A DNA stretch of 16,987 nucleotides from contig JAYUUO010000042.1 in NCBI GenBank assembly GCA_043754515.1, positions 1 through 16,987 on the forward strand, read 5' to 3'. The position numbers and the translations under genes were made by a program. This document shows, one piece after another, positions 16,288-16,987 of the stretch. Numbering within the stretch: position 1 is the stretch's first letter; each line of letters starts with the position of its first letter. The notes beneath the pieces are model-generated. The model saw only the letters and a program-made list of their open reading frames with translations, was not told the origin of the DNA and ran no database searches. Source of the stretch: Armatimonadota bacterium (GTDB lineage: Bacteria; Armatimonadota; Armatimonadia; Armatimonadales; Armatimonadaceae).

Positions 16288-16743
16288 TTATGGGCGGATG
16301 GTAGGGGCCTCGAAACAGACCGCTTTCACCTGGAAGTACGGGATGCTCGACTCCGGGCGTTGGGCGTCATACAACACCGTGAGGAAGGGGTTCCCCCGCG
16401 TATACTTGCAGTACACATCCTTCGGAACCCATATTTTGTTCTTTCGTCTTTTCGTACCTGTCCAGTATTCATACGTTACAGGGTAGACGTAGCCATCATT
16501 AAATATGACGTCGCCGGAAGTGACACATGCCGCCACCGCGACACCCTCTCGTAGTAAACGGTGTTCACATGCCCAGTTAACTTCATAGCCGAACGCGCCA
16601 ACGAATAGCGCGAACGCAAACGCAAGGCGCATCAGAAAGGACTGCATCCAATCCACGCTCTGATTCGCTGTAGCACCATCCATCTGATAGCTGTGAGCGA
16701 AGACCAGTACGTATAGAACGCAAGGAACGAACAGACCCCACAA
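16288..16743 (-). CDS. hypothetical membrane protein (DUF3592-like C-terminal beta domain), probably 5'-disrupted
   Basis: Two hydrophobic helices, then RLLREGVAVAACVT...YPVTYEY...LTVLYDAQRPESS. The frame continues upstream past a single TAG (16749-16747). Confidence 0.6.
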   Translation of the reverse strand: MWGLFVPCVLYVLVFAHSYQMDGATANQSVDWMQSFLMRLAFAFALFVGAFGYEVNWACEHRLLREGVAVAACVTSGDVIFNDGYVYPVTYEYWTGTKRRKNKIWVPKDVYCKYTRGNPFLTVLYDAQRPESSIPYFQVKAVCFEAPTIRP

Positions 16744-16886
16744 AAACTAGCGAATCTTCTGGTTTCTGTCTGTCAATCGGACGCGGCGCGGGACCGTTTT
16801 CGTCCGCAGTTCCGGCTCGATATGGTGCGTGTACCGGACGCAGTTCGCGTCAACTTCGGAGACAGTTAATTAGGCTTTCGTTTCCC

Positions 16887-16985
16887 TATCCGAAATACAT
16901 GACATTTAGAGCCACCGTTATTTGATGGGGCTTCCTCTGAAAAACACCGGCGACGGGTAAATCCTAAATGTCATGTATTTTGGTA
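16887..16985. mobile_element. MITE-like non-coding element with terminal inverted repeats
   Basis: AAATACATGACATTTAG (16893-16909) and CTAAATGTCATGTATTT (16964-16980) form a perfect 17-bp IR, extendable to 20 bp with 1 mismatch. 54-nt interior. TA dinucleotides at 16887-16888 and 16984-16985. AT-rich relative to the genes. Confidence 0.55.
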
Positions 16986-16987
16986 CA

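Noticed and set aside
16887..16987. Retron msr-msd or integron attC interpretation of the terminal inverted repeat
   Set aside because: The 54-nt interior seems too short for msr plus msd, no reverse transcriptase or integrase is in the window, and no RYYYAAC/GTTRRRY ends were found. It cannot be fully excluded at the window edge.
1..16987. CRISPR array, tRNA, rRNA, transposase or prophage genes
   Set aside because: No regularly spaced direct repeats, cloverleaf or rRNA-like segments, or such protein motifs were seen; nearly all sequence is accounted for by CDSs.

Overview
GC-rich bacterial chromosomal window with no rRNA, tRNA, CRISPR array or transposase. It is probably from a diderm (a beta-barrel protein is present); Armatimonadota-like affinity is my inference only. 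Housekeeping genes are tilS (partial), lysS and hemL. Envelope genes are a GT4 glycosyltransferase coupled to a polytopic membrane protein, an outer-membrane beta-barrel, and a polysaccharide deacetylase/NAGPA-like lipoprotein. A MoxR ATPase and a LysR regulator are also present. Most notable: (1) a secreted thioredoxin-fold + cytochrome c + type II copper monooxygenase fusion heading an operon that runs into tilS; (2) a YqcI/YcgG (GntA-like) heme enzyme paired with a lone DUF1989 gene whose N-terminus has no in-frame canonical start, implying a C6 frameshift, UGA readthrough or an assembly error; (3) a perfect 17-bp inverted repeat carrying mirrored -10 boxes between the deacetylase and an apparently leaderless lysS; (4) a TA-flanked MITE-like element of about 99 bp next to a stop-interrupted, AT-richer gene at the right end.
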